A DNA stretch of 64,000 bases. Source: Escherichia phage BF15. The translations under genes were made by a program, and so were the position numbers. Positions 39,352-49,152 of the stretch are shown here, one piece after another. The stretch lies in sequence record MW822007.1. One strand, 5' to 3'. The number at the start of each line of letters is the position of its first letter. Position 1 is the stretch's first letter. Under the pieces are notes generated by a model, which was given only the letters and a program-made list of their open reading frames with translations, searched no databases and was not told where the DNA came from.

Positions 39352-40383
39352 TTACTTAATTAACTGTAAAGCTTGTTCCAGACGATCAAGACGATTAACA
39401 GATTCTTCCCAAATCTTTTTAGCCTGCTCATATTCTTTCTGCGCTTTATTAGAAATTTCTAGAACTTCCTTATAAGATTTTTCTAATGCAATAACTTCTG
39501 GACGAATTTCTATCGGTTCAGGTGAATCATCAAGACATTCCATTAGTTCCTCAAGGGTAGTTTCTTCTTTAGGAGTATTCACAATTTCATCACATTTTTG
39601 TTGATAAATTTCTTTATCAGTAGGTGAGTACGCGCACTTTACTTCACGAAGACTAATTACAATTTTATATCCTTCCCAACCGCATATATTCTTAAAAGGA
39701 TATGTATGAATATTTTCTACTGTTTCCATACAAAGTAATGCGGTCTCTAATTGACGAGTTATAGTGCTAGCAATTGAGAAAAATTTATTAATATTCTTTT
39801 GGTTAGTTTCTGGTGTAAAAAATCCATAATTCACAAAAATAGCTACTTTATTTTTATCAAGTTCATATTCTTTTATGATAATCATATCAGAAGCCAAAGG
39901 ATGAATTTGACGATAATCGCCATAACATAATTTAGAAGCTGATTTTAGAATTTGCTTCTTAAAAAGTCTGAAATTACTAATCCAACGACGAGTAAAAATA
40001 TTCTCAGGGTCTTCTTTGACATTAAGATGATAAGAATTAACATCACCGAACCAATTATATCCTACTACATCTTTGGTTCGTTTAATTTCTTTCCCAAAAT
40101 TACCAAGAATATCCCGATTAACCAAATATGAAAGAAGACGAGACTCTTTAAAGGTTTTCTTGATAACATCTTTATCTACACGGCTAGAAATTTTACGAAT
40201 TTCATGAATAAATTTAGTAGAAGAAACAATACTTGCATCAACACTATTGAGCCATTGATTGATAATAGAAAGAACACTATTTTGGCCAAACATCGGTATA
40301 GCTTTATCATCAATAACGCTATTGAATGATTTGATATATTCGTTACGAGTCATATTAATCTCCTCAGTAGAAAGTAAGAACAT
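39352..40383 (-). CDS. hypothetical protein, paralog family member B
   Basis: 343 aa; shares ...FRLFKKQILKSASKL-type block with C and D; coiled-coil tail. Confidence 0.5.
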   Translation of the reverse strand: MFLLSTEEINMTRNEYIKSFNSVIDDKAIPMFGQNSVLSIINQWLNSVDASIVSSTKFIHEIRKISSRVDKDVIKKTFKESRLLSYLVNRDILGNFGKEIKRTKDVVGYNWFGDVNSYHLNVKEDPENIFTRRWISNFRLFKKQILKSASKLCYGDYRQIHPLASDMIIIKEYELDKNKVAIFVNYGFFTPETNQKNINKFFSIASTITRQLETALLCMETVENIHTYPFKNICGWEGYKIVISLREVKCAYSPTDKEIYQQKCDEIVNTPKEETTLEELMECLDDSPEPIEIRPEVIALEKSYKEVLEISNKAQKEYEQAKKIWEESVNRLDRLEQALQLIK

Positions 40384-40410
40384 TATACCACATCCTTGTG
40401 ACGAAGTAAA

Positions 40411-41439
40411 CTAGTTTAGTGCATTTAGTGCATTGTTCAGTTTAGAACGTTGCTTTGTCAGATTTTGAACCCTTGACTGAGCTTGTTCTAACGCCTTTTC
40501 AGCTTCTAGCACTTCATTGGTCGCTTTAACGAGTTCATCATCTACTGCCTTAAGGGACTTCTCAATCGCATCCGCGTGCCATTTTTCAACAGGTTTAAGA
40601 CTCGGATTTTCAATAGGAAGAAAATTCACTTTATTGAATTTCCATGCATCCTTATTACCTGAACTATACATCCAAAATTTAGGATCGTTTGATAAGTAAT
40701 TGGATAAATTTAAATTTAAGTTATCTTGTACTTCTTGCTTTTTCTCTTGTGTAACTTCGTCCTTTCTCAAAAAATCATATTTAAATGAAACGATCATATC
40801 AAGTTCATATGATGTTGTATCTAACTTAAATCGTTCAAAACGAGGTAAAATCTTAGATTGAACAGCAGCAACAACATCCATATACTTAAATGCTTCTGTT
40901 AGCTGTGACTTAAGACATTCACAAATTGAAAGAGAATTTTTTGTATTAGGTTTAAAGCTAATTCGTGCAGTTCTATTATTTTCTTTTAACGGTCTTACTT
41001 CCATCTGAAGAGTATAACCATCAAATTTCAGATTCTTTAAGTTAATATCAGAACCTTTTAATCGACTAGCAGTAGACAAAATTTGCTTTAATTGTCTACG
41101 GAACAGAGCAATAAATCTCCATTCAATACGATAATGATTTGGATTGAAAAATCCAGATGATAAATCGACCTTACTTTGACCAACGCCTTGAACAAATAGA
41201 GGATTTTTATAATCAATAGTTTTACAGAAATCGGTGAGCTGTTCACGAGCAGTCATTTGAGTAATATACCCTGCTTTACTAAAATTACGCACCCATTCAC
41301 TGCTATTCGTATACTTAAAGTGATGAATAACACGATTAACTTTATCGGGGTCTAAATTATTTTCACACAAAAATGTCATAACATCACGAGTATAGCTGGC
41401 ATTACGAACCATATCTTCAATTTGAGAACGAGTTTTCAT
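40411..41439 (-). CDS. hypothetical protein, paralog family member C
   Basis: 342 aa; block ...FRRQLKQILSTASRL; coiled-coil tail. Confidence 0.5.
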   Translation of the reverse strand: MKTRSQIEDMVRNASYTRDVMTFLCENNLDPDKVNRVIHHFKYTNSSEWVRNFSKAGYITQMTAREQLTDFCKTIDYKNPLFVQGVGQSKVDLSSGFFNPNHYRIEWRFIALFRRQLKQILSTASRLKGSDINLKNLKFDGYTLQMEVRPLKENNRTARISFKPNTKNSLSICECLKSQLTEAFKYMDVVAAVQSKILPRFERFKLDTTSYELDMIVSFKYDFLRKDEVTQEKKQEVQDNLNLNLSNYLSNDPKFWMYSSGNKDAWKFNKVNFLPIENPSLKPVEKWHADAIEKSLKAVDDELVKATNEVLEAEKALEQAQSRVQNLTKQRSKLNNALNALN

Positions 41440-41447
41440 GGTGTTCC

Positions 41448-42353
41448 TTAAGATTTAAGTAAATCAACAATTTTAATTAATTTTTCACGTTCAGATTTAG
41501 CTTTACTACTCAGTCCAGATAGTCTGAAAATTTCATCGTCATATTGTTGAATAGAAATATTCAGCTCTTCAATCTGTTTATTAAAATAATCAATTTGTTC
41601 AGAATGTTTTTCGTTACTACGAACTGGCACAGGTTTTGTAGGCAATTTAGTTGAACTGGATTCATCCGGGCGATAAATTAAAATACAATTTGAACCAATT
41701 GGGCATTTAGCACCAGACACATATTCTAGTGTTCCAGCTTCTTTTAAAACTTCAAAAGCTAAACAGAGATGATGACCCATATTGACATAATCTGTAGAGT
41801 GAGCTCTGACGTAATAATCATCTCCACGAGTACTAAATTTAAAGCATTTAAGGTCTTCTGTATTATTGGTCTTAAAAATCATTTGTTTATCTAGACCTTT
41901 AGCTAATCGAGCGCCCAATGCTAATAATCGTCGTTGATTTTCCCACAAATCCGCAATCATTTGATCGAATGATAATTTCGGCATTAGTCGACCATAAAGG
42001 TCATATCCTTTATTATAATTACGAAGGATTTCACTCGCATTAATACGAGACAATGCTCCAATTTTATTAAGGGCTTTCATAATGCGATTAGATAAACTCA
42101 TTCCAGATCCGCTTGTTCGCTGTAAATGTTTTTCTAATCCAAAGCCAATATCAACTTTAAACTTATCTAAAATTTCGGCATGAACATCTCTGTCAATAAC
42201 ATTCAAATCCAAAGTTGGGTTAAATCTATGAAAAAATTTATCTGGCTCTCCACGACGAAATACAGTCCATTCATTCATCATTTTTTTATTAACTAAAGAT
42301 TTAATTACTGCATTGACATTATTAATTACTACTGACATATTTTCCTCACTCAA
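41448..42353 (-). CDS. hypothetical protein, paralog family member D
   Basis: 301 aa; block ...QRRLLALGARLAKG; coiled-coil tail. Confidence 0.5.
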   Translation of the reverse strand: MSEENMSVVINNVNAVIKSLVNKKMMNEWTVFRRGEPDKFFHRFNPTLDLNVIDRDVHAEILDKFKVDIGFGLEKHLQRTSGSGMSLSNRIMKALNKIGALSRINASEILRNYNKGYDLYGRLMPKLSFDQMIADLWENQRRLLALGARLAKGLDKQMIFKTNNTEDLKCFKFSTRGDDYYVRAHSTDYVNMGHHLCLAFEVLKEAGTLEYVSGAKCPIGSNCILIYRPDESSSTKLPTKPVPVRSNEKHSEQIDYFNKQIEELNISIQQYDDEIFRLSGLSSKAKSEREKLIKIVDLLKS

Positions 42354-42747
42354 TTTTACTAATTACGTGGAATAAGATTGAACAGACTATATAAGTACCA
42401 CATATAGATTGAACTAATGCCATTCCAAAGAACCAAACAATATTATCAAACCATGTCTGTTTTACGTCGAAAGGACGTAAACTTACAGTAATATTATCAC
42501 CTTTTTCTATTGAAGAATACATCTCTGGGGAAATATATTCACTAAATCTATAACCGTCTTTGAGTTCATATACGGCAATAAACGATAAACTAGACCCCTT
42601 TCCTTGTGTTCCTGTAATAGTATTAACTACAGTAACATCATAATCTTTATAATGCATATAATCATTAATTGCGTAATAACCATATGCAACTACTACACAT
42701 AAACAACATATCAATAAATTCAATCTTTTAATTATCAACCGTTTCAT
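42346..42747 (-). CDS. hypothetical membrane protein
   Basis: 133 aa; N- and C-terminal TM segments. Confidence 0.45.
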   Translation of the reverse strand: MKRLIIKRLNLLICCLCVVVAYGYYAINDYMHYKDYDVTVVNTITGTQGKGSSLSFIAVYELKDGYRFSEYISPEMYSSIEKGDNITVSLRPFDVKQTWFDNIVWFFGMALVQSICGTYIVCSILFHVISKIE

Positions 42748-42802
42748 AATAATCTCAATTAAAAGGGCTTAGAACCATTATACCATCCTTGGTATAAAGC
42801 GG

Positions 42803-43330
42803 TTATGCGAGTACCGTCTTTAACCGTTCTTCAAACTTCCGAAGAGTATTTTGGCGTTCAGCTCTTTGCTTTTTGTAAGTTTCAATACGCTCTGAAATGA
42901 GAGTGTATCGTTCATTTACTGATTCTTTCATAAAATCAGGAATTTCACGAGAAGCTTTAATCTCGTCAAATTTATCAATAACAGCTTGCTCTTCAGCAAT
43001 TAAGTTATCATACATCAAAATATCTTTCTTGATGAACTCAATATCTTCTTGAGTTACACGAGATAATTTAGATGCTTTATCCTTTTTGTACTGTTCATTA
43101 GTATCACGAGACCAGTGTAATGTACGATTTTTATTCGTATTTTTGTAAATTTCTACAATACCAATCTCATCGATAATAACGATCCAATTCCAACGAGATT
43201 TGTAAATTTGCCCTCCGTCAACCGTGATTTCACCTCCGATTGAGATGTCATTAAAGAACTTGCTTTGCGCTTCAGATTTAAATTTACCATCATTGTAATT
43301 TACCAAGTTGAAAATATCTTTAGCGTTCAT
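42803..43330 (-). CDS. hypothetical protein
   Basis: track ORF trimmed to ATG 43330 (MNAKDIF...) with GGAGG SD; track N-terminus is promoter read-through. Confidence 0.45.
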   Translation of the reverse strand: MNAKDIFNLVNYNDGKFKSEAQSKFFNDISIGGEITVDGGQIYKSRWNWIVIIDEIGIVEIYKNTNKNRTLHWSRDTNEQYKKDKASKLSRVTQEDIEFIKKDILMYDNLIAEEQAVIDKFDEIKASREIPDFMKESVNERYTLISERIETYKKQRAERQNTLRKFEERLKTVLA

Positions 43331-43358
43331 TTTGTGTTCCTCCGTAGTTGATAGTTGT

Positions 43359-43388
43359 ATAGTACCACAGAGGAACGGTCTTGTAAAC
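43359..43388 (-). promoter_or_regulatory. T4-type early promoter
   Basis: minus strand GTTTAC-N18-TACTAT; conserved promoter-leader repeat. Confidence 0.55.
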
Positions 43389-43390
43389 AA

Positions 43391-43705
43391 CTAAAAGAAA
43401 CTTCTTTCACAATTTTTTCCACTGAACCAAGCGCTCACTGCTTTCTTAGTCTCAGGAGCAGTATTATCCATAAACCATTCAAAAGCAGCCTTTTTATGAT
43501 TCTGGAGGGCTTCTCGGGCTTTAATCTGCTCACGGTCTATTAACACTAACATATGAGCCTTTCTTGTCACCATGGGCTTCTTATGATTTTTTGAATACTC
43601 CCAATCATTTGTCCATCGCATCGTTGTTGCGAATTGAAGTACAGCTTCTTTAATTTTAGTTTCGTAAATTTCACGAGCCTTTGAGTATAACATCACTACC
43701 TCCAT
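43391..43705 (-). CDS. hypothetical protein
   Basis: 104 aa ORF; 3' end runs into promoter region. Confidence 0.4.
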   Translation of the reverse strand: MEVVMLYSKAREIYETKIKEAVLQFATTMRWTNDWEYSKNHKKPMVTRKAHMLVLIDREQIKAREALQNHKKAAFEWFMDNTAPETKKAVSAWFSGKNCERSFF

Positions 43706-43775
43706 TTACCAGTTTAATTCTAGTCATCTTTTTGATGGCAGTCCATATAATCTATTTCTGAACTGCCTTTTTGTC

Positions 43776-44495
43776 TTAGGATTCTTCTAAATGTCTTTTC
43801 TGAAAAGTTGATACCATACTACGATACGGTTCATTTGGATATCCGTGTTTTATAGCTTCCTTTGTAAATTTTCTCCATCCACATTTAGTTTCTTTCCAAA
43901 GCTCGAATAATTCATCTTCATACTGCCATATAGTTAAATGAGAACGCTTTGCAGCTTTAATTCCATTAATATGCTTTTCTTTTACTGCAGGATTGCTTAG
44001 TTTCTTTTTAATAATATTACTAACTTTTCTAACAAAAACCGGGTCCTTATATCGTTGCGAAGTTTTTATTGAAGTGTTTAATTTAGCTTCCGGCGTGGAT
44101 GTGACCTCTTTCATCTTTTTCTTCATATGCTGTATATGATTAGGATTTTTCCATAAATTTATAGAATGCTTTTTGCATTTTATCCTAGTTTCATCTGCAA
44201 CCTTTCCTCCTTCACCCCCGTATGACAGGTTAACACAGTTTTTTCCATATTTCAATTTACCTGCCATGATATATAATATTTCAGCTTGTACCATTTTATC
44301 ATAATTATCAAAAACTTCTAAAACCGTTTTTGACAATATGTGGTCATTTGACACTTTTACACGTTCTATATAATTTCCACTACCAACATACGAATCATTG
44401 ATATTATTAGTTATATGTCGACCATAATAATATTTCTTAACGCCAGTCTTTAAATTTAATATTTCAGTTTTATAGATAGTAAAATATTTTTTCAT
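43776..44495 (-). CDS. GIY-YIG homing endonuclease (Seg-like)
   Basis: 239 aa; YYYGRH...YVGSG motifs; NUMOD-like basic repeats. Confidence 0.65.
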   Translation of the reverse strand: MKKYFTIYKTEILNLKTGVKKYYYGRHITNNINDSYVGSGNYIERVKVSNDHILSKTVLEVFDNYDKMVQAEILYIMAGKLKYGKNCVNLSYGGEGGKVADETRIKCKKHSINLWKNPNHIQHMKKKMKEVTSTPEAKLNTSIKTSQRYKDPVFVRKVSNIIKKKLSNPAVKEKHINGIKAAKRSHLTIWQYEDELFELWKETKCGWRKFTKEAIKHGYPNEPYRSMVSTFQKRHLEES

Positions 44496-45460
44496 TTTAA
44501 CAATACCGTTTCAGCGATTTCTTCCCAATAGTTTTTGTCGGTCATAATAAAGTCAGCAAGATAAAGAGCAGTACGCAGTGAAACATTACGTAAACGGTTA
44601 ACATTGACTTTCATCCATGATAATGCTTTATAAGTTTCTTCATCAGAAAGACCGCGTTTTTGCATCATGTCAGTTGAAAGAATAACATCTTCAACCCTGA
44701 CCATAATTTCTTCATTAGTGTGAACACCCAAATCTAAATAAACTGAGCGGGACACTAATGCTTGTAAATGTGGAGCAAGTTTAGTACCACGGTCTAATTC
44801 GCGGTCAATATCAACGTTTGTGATAAAAACAATCGTTCCTTTAAATTCAAACTCACGGTCAATGCCTTTTTCTTCTAAGTAAGAAGATGCAGTGCTCCAG
44901 CAGACTTTACGGGTCTCTCCAGTGTCCAGAGCAGCTTTCAGAAGATTAAGAATGTCCATATCAGAGAAAACATCCACATCATCAATCAAAAGGACAGAAT
45001 TCTCTTCACGATTATTCCAAAGCTGCTCATAAAGACCGATACCAGAGATTTTACCATTAATGCTTTTATATTCAATGTATCCAATATCATTTGCTTTATT
45101 TAAAGCTTTATCTAAAGAATACGTTTTACCAATACCCGCCGCACCAGAGATAATTAATGAACGAATATTTCCATTAATAATACCATTCGTCATCATTCCC
45201 ATAACATTAAATCTTTTATTAATGCGGGTTTTCATATCTTCATATGATTCTTTAACTTCTTCAACTTTTACACCATCATATGAAATATCTGATTTGTAAA
45301 CCCAAACACCGCGACGTTTACCGTCAATTTCAACAAAAACTTTACCATCTCCTTGTGCATCTACCGGAGCATTATCTGGGAACCATTCGCCTAAGAGCTC
45401 AAAAGTTCCAGAGATTTCTTTACCGAAGTAGATACCCTTATTGATAGTTACAGTTTTCAT
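44492..45460 (-). CDS. P-loop ATPase (AAA-like)
   Basis: track ORF trimmed to ATG 45460 (MKTVTINKG...) with GGAG SD; Walker A GAAGIGKT, Walker B LLIDDVD. Confidence 0.55.
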   Translation of the reverse strand: MKTVTINKGIYFGKEISGTFELLGEWFPDNAPVDAQGDGKVFVEIDGKRRGVWVYKSDISYDGVKVEEVKESYEDMKTRINKRFNVMGMMTNGIINGNIRSLIISGAAGIGKTYSLDKALNKANDIGYIEYKSINGKISGIGLYEQLWNNREENSVLLIDDVDVFSDMDILNLLKAALDTGETRKVCWSTASSYLEEKGIDREFEFKGTIVFITNVDIDRELDRGTKLAPHLQALVSRSVYLDLGVHTNEEIMVRVEDVILSTDMMQKRGLSDEETYKALSWMKVNVNRLRNVSLRTALYLADFIMTDKNYWEEIAETVLLK

Positions 45461-45497
45461 TTTATTCTCCAAATCCGTATCAGTAGTTGATAGTTGT

Positions 45498-45527
45498 ATA
45501 GTACCATAAAGCTTTATGCTTGTAAAC
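45498..45527 (-). promoter_or_regulatory. T4-type early promoter (ATPase gene)
   Basis: minus strand GTTTAC-N18-TACTAT; leader near-identical to copy at 18092-18155. Confidence 0.6.
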
Positions 45528-45552
45528 CGTTCTGTGAAAAAATTTTTGAAAT

Positions 45553-45576
45553 AAAAAAGGGAGCCCGAAGGCTCCC
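45553..45576 (-). terminator. intrinsic terminator after nucleotidyltransferase-like gene
   Basis: GGGAGCC-UUCG-GGCUCCC hairpin plus U run. Confidence 0.65.
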
Positions 45577-45578
45577 TA

Positions 45579-46592
45579 TCATTTATAATAACTTCGGTGG
45601 TTTTCAAGATAAACCCTCTCAAGGAAGTCATCCCAGAAACTCATGTCTACTTTTTGCTGCATACCGTTCTTAGAAGCTTTAATGGATGCTGCTTCTACTT
45701 GATCGACAACATCTTCCAAAAACTCTTGAACAGTTTTAAATGGATGTTTACCCAACTTCACGTCGAGAATAAATGGAGCGTCTTGAAGTGGATAAATCAA
45801 GTCGCCAGTTTTGTAAATTTCCAATAGTTGAAGTCCACCACGACAAGCATGACTCAGAGCTTTCCAGTCAATACCTTCGTTGGCTTCGGCCTTACGAGCG
45901 CGTTCACCGTATTCAGCATCAAGTTTATTCAAAGACTGCTTAAGCTCAATAAGAGAAAGCGTTGTCTGATATTTACGACCCAACACAGTATAGAACGTTT
46001 GCGGGCCTGTTTTCTCATGATTATGGAACACCCATTCACAGAATTCGTTTTCTGGAAGACGATGCTTAATATCTTCAACTTTAGTGCGACGCTGCTTAAT
46101 GGAACCATCTTCTTGGTAATCAACCCACTGGTCAGGGATTTGATTAACTACTTTCAATACATCACGCAATGCAGCCAAACGAGAACCCTTGACACCGTAT
46201 TTAGAAGCTTGCTTGCGGACATATCCTAAATAGGATTTCATGTTAGTCGTATAGAACCGAGAACGATTGTCTTGGATAAATTTCCATACATCAGGTAAAT
46301 CAGATTTAACCACTAGTTCAGGTGGAGTGTGAAGCATATCCAATGCTACAGTTTCACCATCTGCTGCTAATTTAAAGAAATACTTAAGACTGTATAGTTC
46401 ATGGTCAATATCATCTTTAGTGTTTTTAGATGATGTGTTGTTAGTGTTTTTACTCATATGCTCTTTAACATTTCCGATAAGAATATCGCGAGCAGGAGGA
46501 ACAAAGATTTCTTTAAAATCCACATCAGATTCTGGAGTAGAAGTTCCATAAAGATGACTACCAAAATAGCTTTTCATTACTGTTTTCATCAT
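45579..46592 (-). CDS. putative nucleotidyltransferase-fold protein
   Basis: 337 aa; N-terminal GS-x10-DVD motif typical of Pol-beta-type nucleotidyltransferases. Confidence 0.5.
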   Translation of the reverse strand: MMKTVMKSYFGSHLYGTSTPESDVDFKEIFVPPARDILIGNVKEHMSKNTNNTSSKNTKDDIDHELYSLKYFFKLAADGETVALDMLHTPPELVVKSDLPDVWKFIQDNRSRFYTTNMKSYLGYVRKQASKYGVKGSRLAALRDVLKVVNQIPDQWVDYQEDGSIKQRRTKVEDIKHRLPENEFCEWVFHNHEKTGPQTFYTVLGRKYQTTLSLIELKQSLNKLDAEYGERARKAEANEGIDWKALSHACRGGLQLLEIYKTGDLIYPLQDAPFILDVKLGKHPFKTVQEFLEDVVDQVEAASIKASKNGMQQKVDMSFWDDFLERVYLENHRSYYK

Positions 46593-47050
46593 TCAGCCTT
46601 ATATTCAATAACAGGACATACTTTAGCTTTACGAGCTTTTAAAAATTCGACGATAATAGACTTCTTGGGTTGAATAGGAGGTAAACCTTTATACGCCCTA
46701 TCAATATTTTCTACATGTAAAGCATAATCCTTTTTCCATTTATAATCTTTATATTTTTCATGCAGTTGTGCAGGAATAACAAATGAACCAATAATAAGTA
46801 AAACAAGCAAAATGGCAAGTATAAATGCTGATGGAATAAGAGTCCATAAACTACTAAAAATAAGCCAACGTTGTAAACTTTCTGCGCAGATAATAGTTAG
46901 ACCTGCGAGTATAGTACATCCGAAAAAAGAAACGAAAAATGTAGGAATAACAATAGACCAAAAATACGCGCATAGTGTCTTAGGTCGTTTCCATTCATCA
47001 TTAAACATTTTGAATAATTTATAGTGCCAAGAGCTTTCATTAATAATCAT
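46589..47050 (-). CDS. hypothetical membrane protein
   Basis: 153 aa; at least two TM segments. Confidence 0.45.
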   Translation of the reverse strand: MIINESSWHYKLFKMFNDEWKRPKTLCAYFWSIVIPTFFVSFFGCTILAGLTIICAESLQRWLIFSSLWTLIPSAFILAILLVLLIIGSFVIPAQLHEKYKDYKWKKDYALHVENIDRAYKGLPPIQPKKSIIVEFLKARKAKVCPVIEYKAE

Positions 47051-47052
47051 AA

Positions 47053-47574
47053 TTATCCTTTCATTGAAGGTGTAACGGTTGTTAAATACTTAATCATAGC
47101 TTCAGCTTCTGATTTTGATAATGAAATTTCTCCATTGTTTTGACGAATAGAAATAAAATCCGGATGACGGTCACCGCCCGCTTTCAAAACACACATATAG
47201 GTATCAGTTTCATCTTCAATATTTGAAATAATTGAAGCAGTTCCGCATGAATGCGGTTTTTGATAAATCAATACGGCTTTTCTTCCACCGTTTGACTGTT
47301 CATAAACTTTTAACACATCAAACAAATCACTTCTTTTATCAATAGCTAAGATGTTGTTTTCATCTTCAATGTTAAATCCTTCGGATACTTCATAAAGCGT
47401 CACCCATAAATCACCTATATCGATAGTAGCATTTTCCTTTCCATGACTTTCAAGAGTATGACAAATTTTCTTGATTTCGTCATAACTCATTTTAATAATA
47501 TCATCTCCTTGAATAAGGAAGATGTCATTTTTAAATTCAACACGAATTAAACCACTTTCACTTGAAATAAACAT
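47053..47574 (-). CDS. hypothetical protein (paralog pair, member 1)
   Basis: 173 aa; C-terminus similar to neighbour. Confidence 0.45.
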   Translation of the reverse strand: MFISSESGLIRVEFKNDIFLIQGDDIIKMSYDEIKKICHTLESHGKENATIDIGDLWVTLYEVSEGFNIEDENNILAIDKRSDLFDVLKVYEQSNGGRKAVLIYQKPHSCGTASIISNIEDETDTYMCVLKAGGDRHPDFISIRQNNGEISLSKSEAEAMIKYLTTVTPSMKG

Positions 47575-47580
47575 ATTTCC

Positions 47581-48138
47581 TCACTTTGAAATCATAGTTG
47601 GAATGACAGAATCAAGATAAGTCTTTAGCGCAATAGCTTCGTCTTTGGTAAATGTGACAATATGTGATCGAAAATCGTCAATTTGGCGAATAGTTAAGAC
47701 ATCTCCCTCTTCATAACATTTTGATACATTTAAAAGAGTTTCATCATTCTGATTGCAAGCGTTAGTAATAATAGCATTGCAATTTTTGAGCCATTTTAAA
47801 CTATGTTTTCTTTCATTAGAATAATAAAAATATTTAATCTTAGCTATAAAACTATCCCAATGGATAACTGATAAACACATTGACTCACTGTTAATATTAA
47901 ATCCTGGGCATGAAGAATAAAAATGAATTTTGTGCTCATCATTGATGCTTACTATTTTATCAGTATAAGGATATTCAATTTGGGTTAAATGAATGATTTC
48001 ACTAGGCGTAAAATATAGCATATCGTCTTCTTGCGTCAAACGATACATGTTATTTACTTTTTCTATAGCCAATTCACCAAAAAGCGGACTAACTTCTAAT
48101 ACTAATCGTTTCATATTGATTCTCTTCGACTCACTCAC
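47581..48138 (-). CDS. hypothetical protein (paralog pair, member 2)
   Basis: 185 aa; C-terminus ...EAIALKTYLDSVIPTM resembles neighbour. Confidence 0.45.
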   Translation of the reverse strand: MSESKRINMKRLVLEVSPLFGELAIEKVNNMYRLTQEDDMLYFTPSEIIHLTQIEYPYTDKIVSINDEHKIHFYSSCPGFNINSESMCLSVIHWDSFIAKIKYFYYSNERKHSLKWLKNCNAIITNACNQNDETLLNVSKCYEEGDVLTIRQIDDFRSHIVTFTKDEAIALKTYLDSVIPTMISK

Positions 48139-48273
48139 AATTACATACTCCTTTGAATAATATCAATAATGTTGTTCACCAGATTATAAGTAAACATTGG
48201 GTAATTATATTGAATCATCACATACACAACAAACAAAACTTTCATTCTCTTCTCCTTGGCAGTTGACAAGATT

Positions 48274-48303
48274 ACTATACCATAACCTTGCCAACTTGTA
48301 AAC
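48274..48303 (-). promoter_or_regulatory. T4-type early promoter
   Basis: minus strand GTTTAC-N18-TATAGT flanked by inverted repeat TTGGCA...TGCCAA. Confidence 0.5.
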
Positions 48304-48468
48304 CATTAAATGACGTTTTCAATAAAATTCTGAAGCTTTGTGTGAGCATCAACCATGATTTTCATTTCTTCCTTTGCGAAAGCTGTACCTCTTTCCCGAG
48401 AAGAACACTCATAGTCAGAAACTGCATTAGCATATTCTTCAATTAGCTTCATTAAAAACATCTGCTTT

Positions 48469-48663
48469 TCAGTTTTCATTATTCCACCTAATCATTTCAA
48501 GATATTGAACTAACTTAGCTTTGGATTTATCCAAATCCTTTTTAGCTGCTGCTATACCTTCGTATGAATATCCTTCACAGTGCTCAACTGCTAATTGATA
48601 TGAATCTATTTCAACATCACGTGCTAATTTAATGATTTTTTCAAACTGTTCTTGTGTCAGCAT
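48469..48663 (-). CDS. hypothetical protein
   Basis: 64 aa ORF. Confidence 0.35.
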   Translation of the reverse strand: MLTQEQFEKIIKLARDVEIDSYQLAVEHCEGYSYEGIAAAKKDLDKSKAKLVQYLEMIRWNNEN

Positions 48664-48665
48664 AC

Positions 48666-48905
48666 TTAAACTCTCGTATTGTGATCGATAATTTCATCAA
48701 GAAACATATCTAAAGCTTCTACGGCATTATCAACTTTAGCTTCAAATTCTTCAATACCTTTATTTGCAATACCTGACGAAAACCAACCAAAGTCACTAAG
48801 TTCCCCATCTGCTTTGCGAATTAAAGCTACCAATTCTTTAATTTTATCTGCTTGTTCTATACTAATCATTATTCCACCACATATGAAAGAGAGAATATTG
48901 CGCAC
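48666..48905 (-). CDS. hypothetical protein
   Basis: 79 aa ORF. Confidence 0.35.
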   Translation of the reverse strand: MRNILSFICGGIMISIEQADKIKELVALIRKADGELSDFGWFSSGIANKGIEEFEAKVDNAVEALDMFLDEIIDHNTRV

Positions 48906-49057
48906 GCCATATGAGTTGCAGCTTCATCACACATATCATAACGTTTCTTAAGAAGTTCTACAAGTTCTTCACTAGTAACTTCATCCATGTCGACGAAAAA
49001 ATCACCATTAATGATGACGTAGATATTTCCTTCTTGATTAAGCGCTTCAATTTTCAT
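48869..49057 (-). CDS. hypothetical protein
   Basis: track ORF trimmed to ATG 49057 with GAGGAG SD. Confidence 0.35.
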   Translation of the reverse strand: MKIEALNQEGNIYVIINGDFFVDMDEVTSEELVELLKKRYDMCDEAATHMACAIFSLSYVVE

Positions 49058-49085
49058 GATGTTCTCCTCTTTATCCGATGGTTGT

Positions 49086-49115
49086 ATAGTATCACAGCTC
49101 AAATGGAAAGTAAAC
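49086..49115 (-). promoter_or_regulatory. T4-type early promoter
   Basis: minus strand GTTTAC-N18-TACTAT; next to terminator 49125-49148. Confidence 0.55.
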
Positions 49116-49124
49116 CGGTAAAAT

Positions 49125-49148
49125 GAAAAAAGTCTCCCGAAGGAGACT
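49125..49148 (-). terminator. intrinsic terminator after rI.-1
   Basis: AGUCUCC-UUCG-GGAGACU hairpin plus U run. Confidence 0.65.
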
Positions 49149-49152
49149 AATG

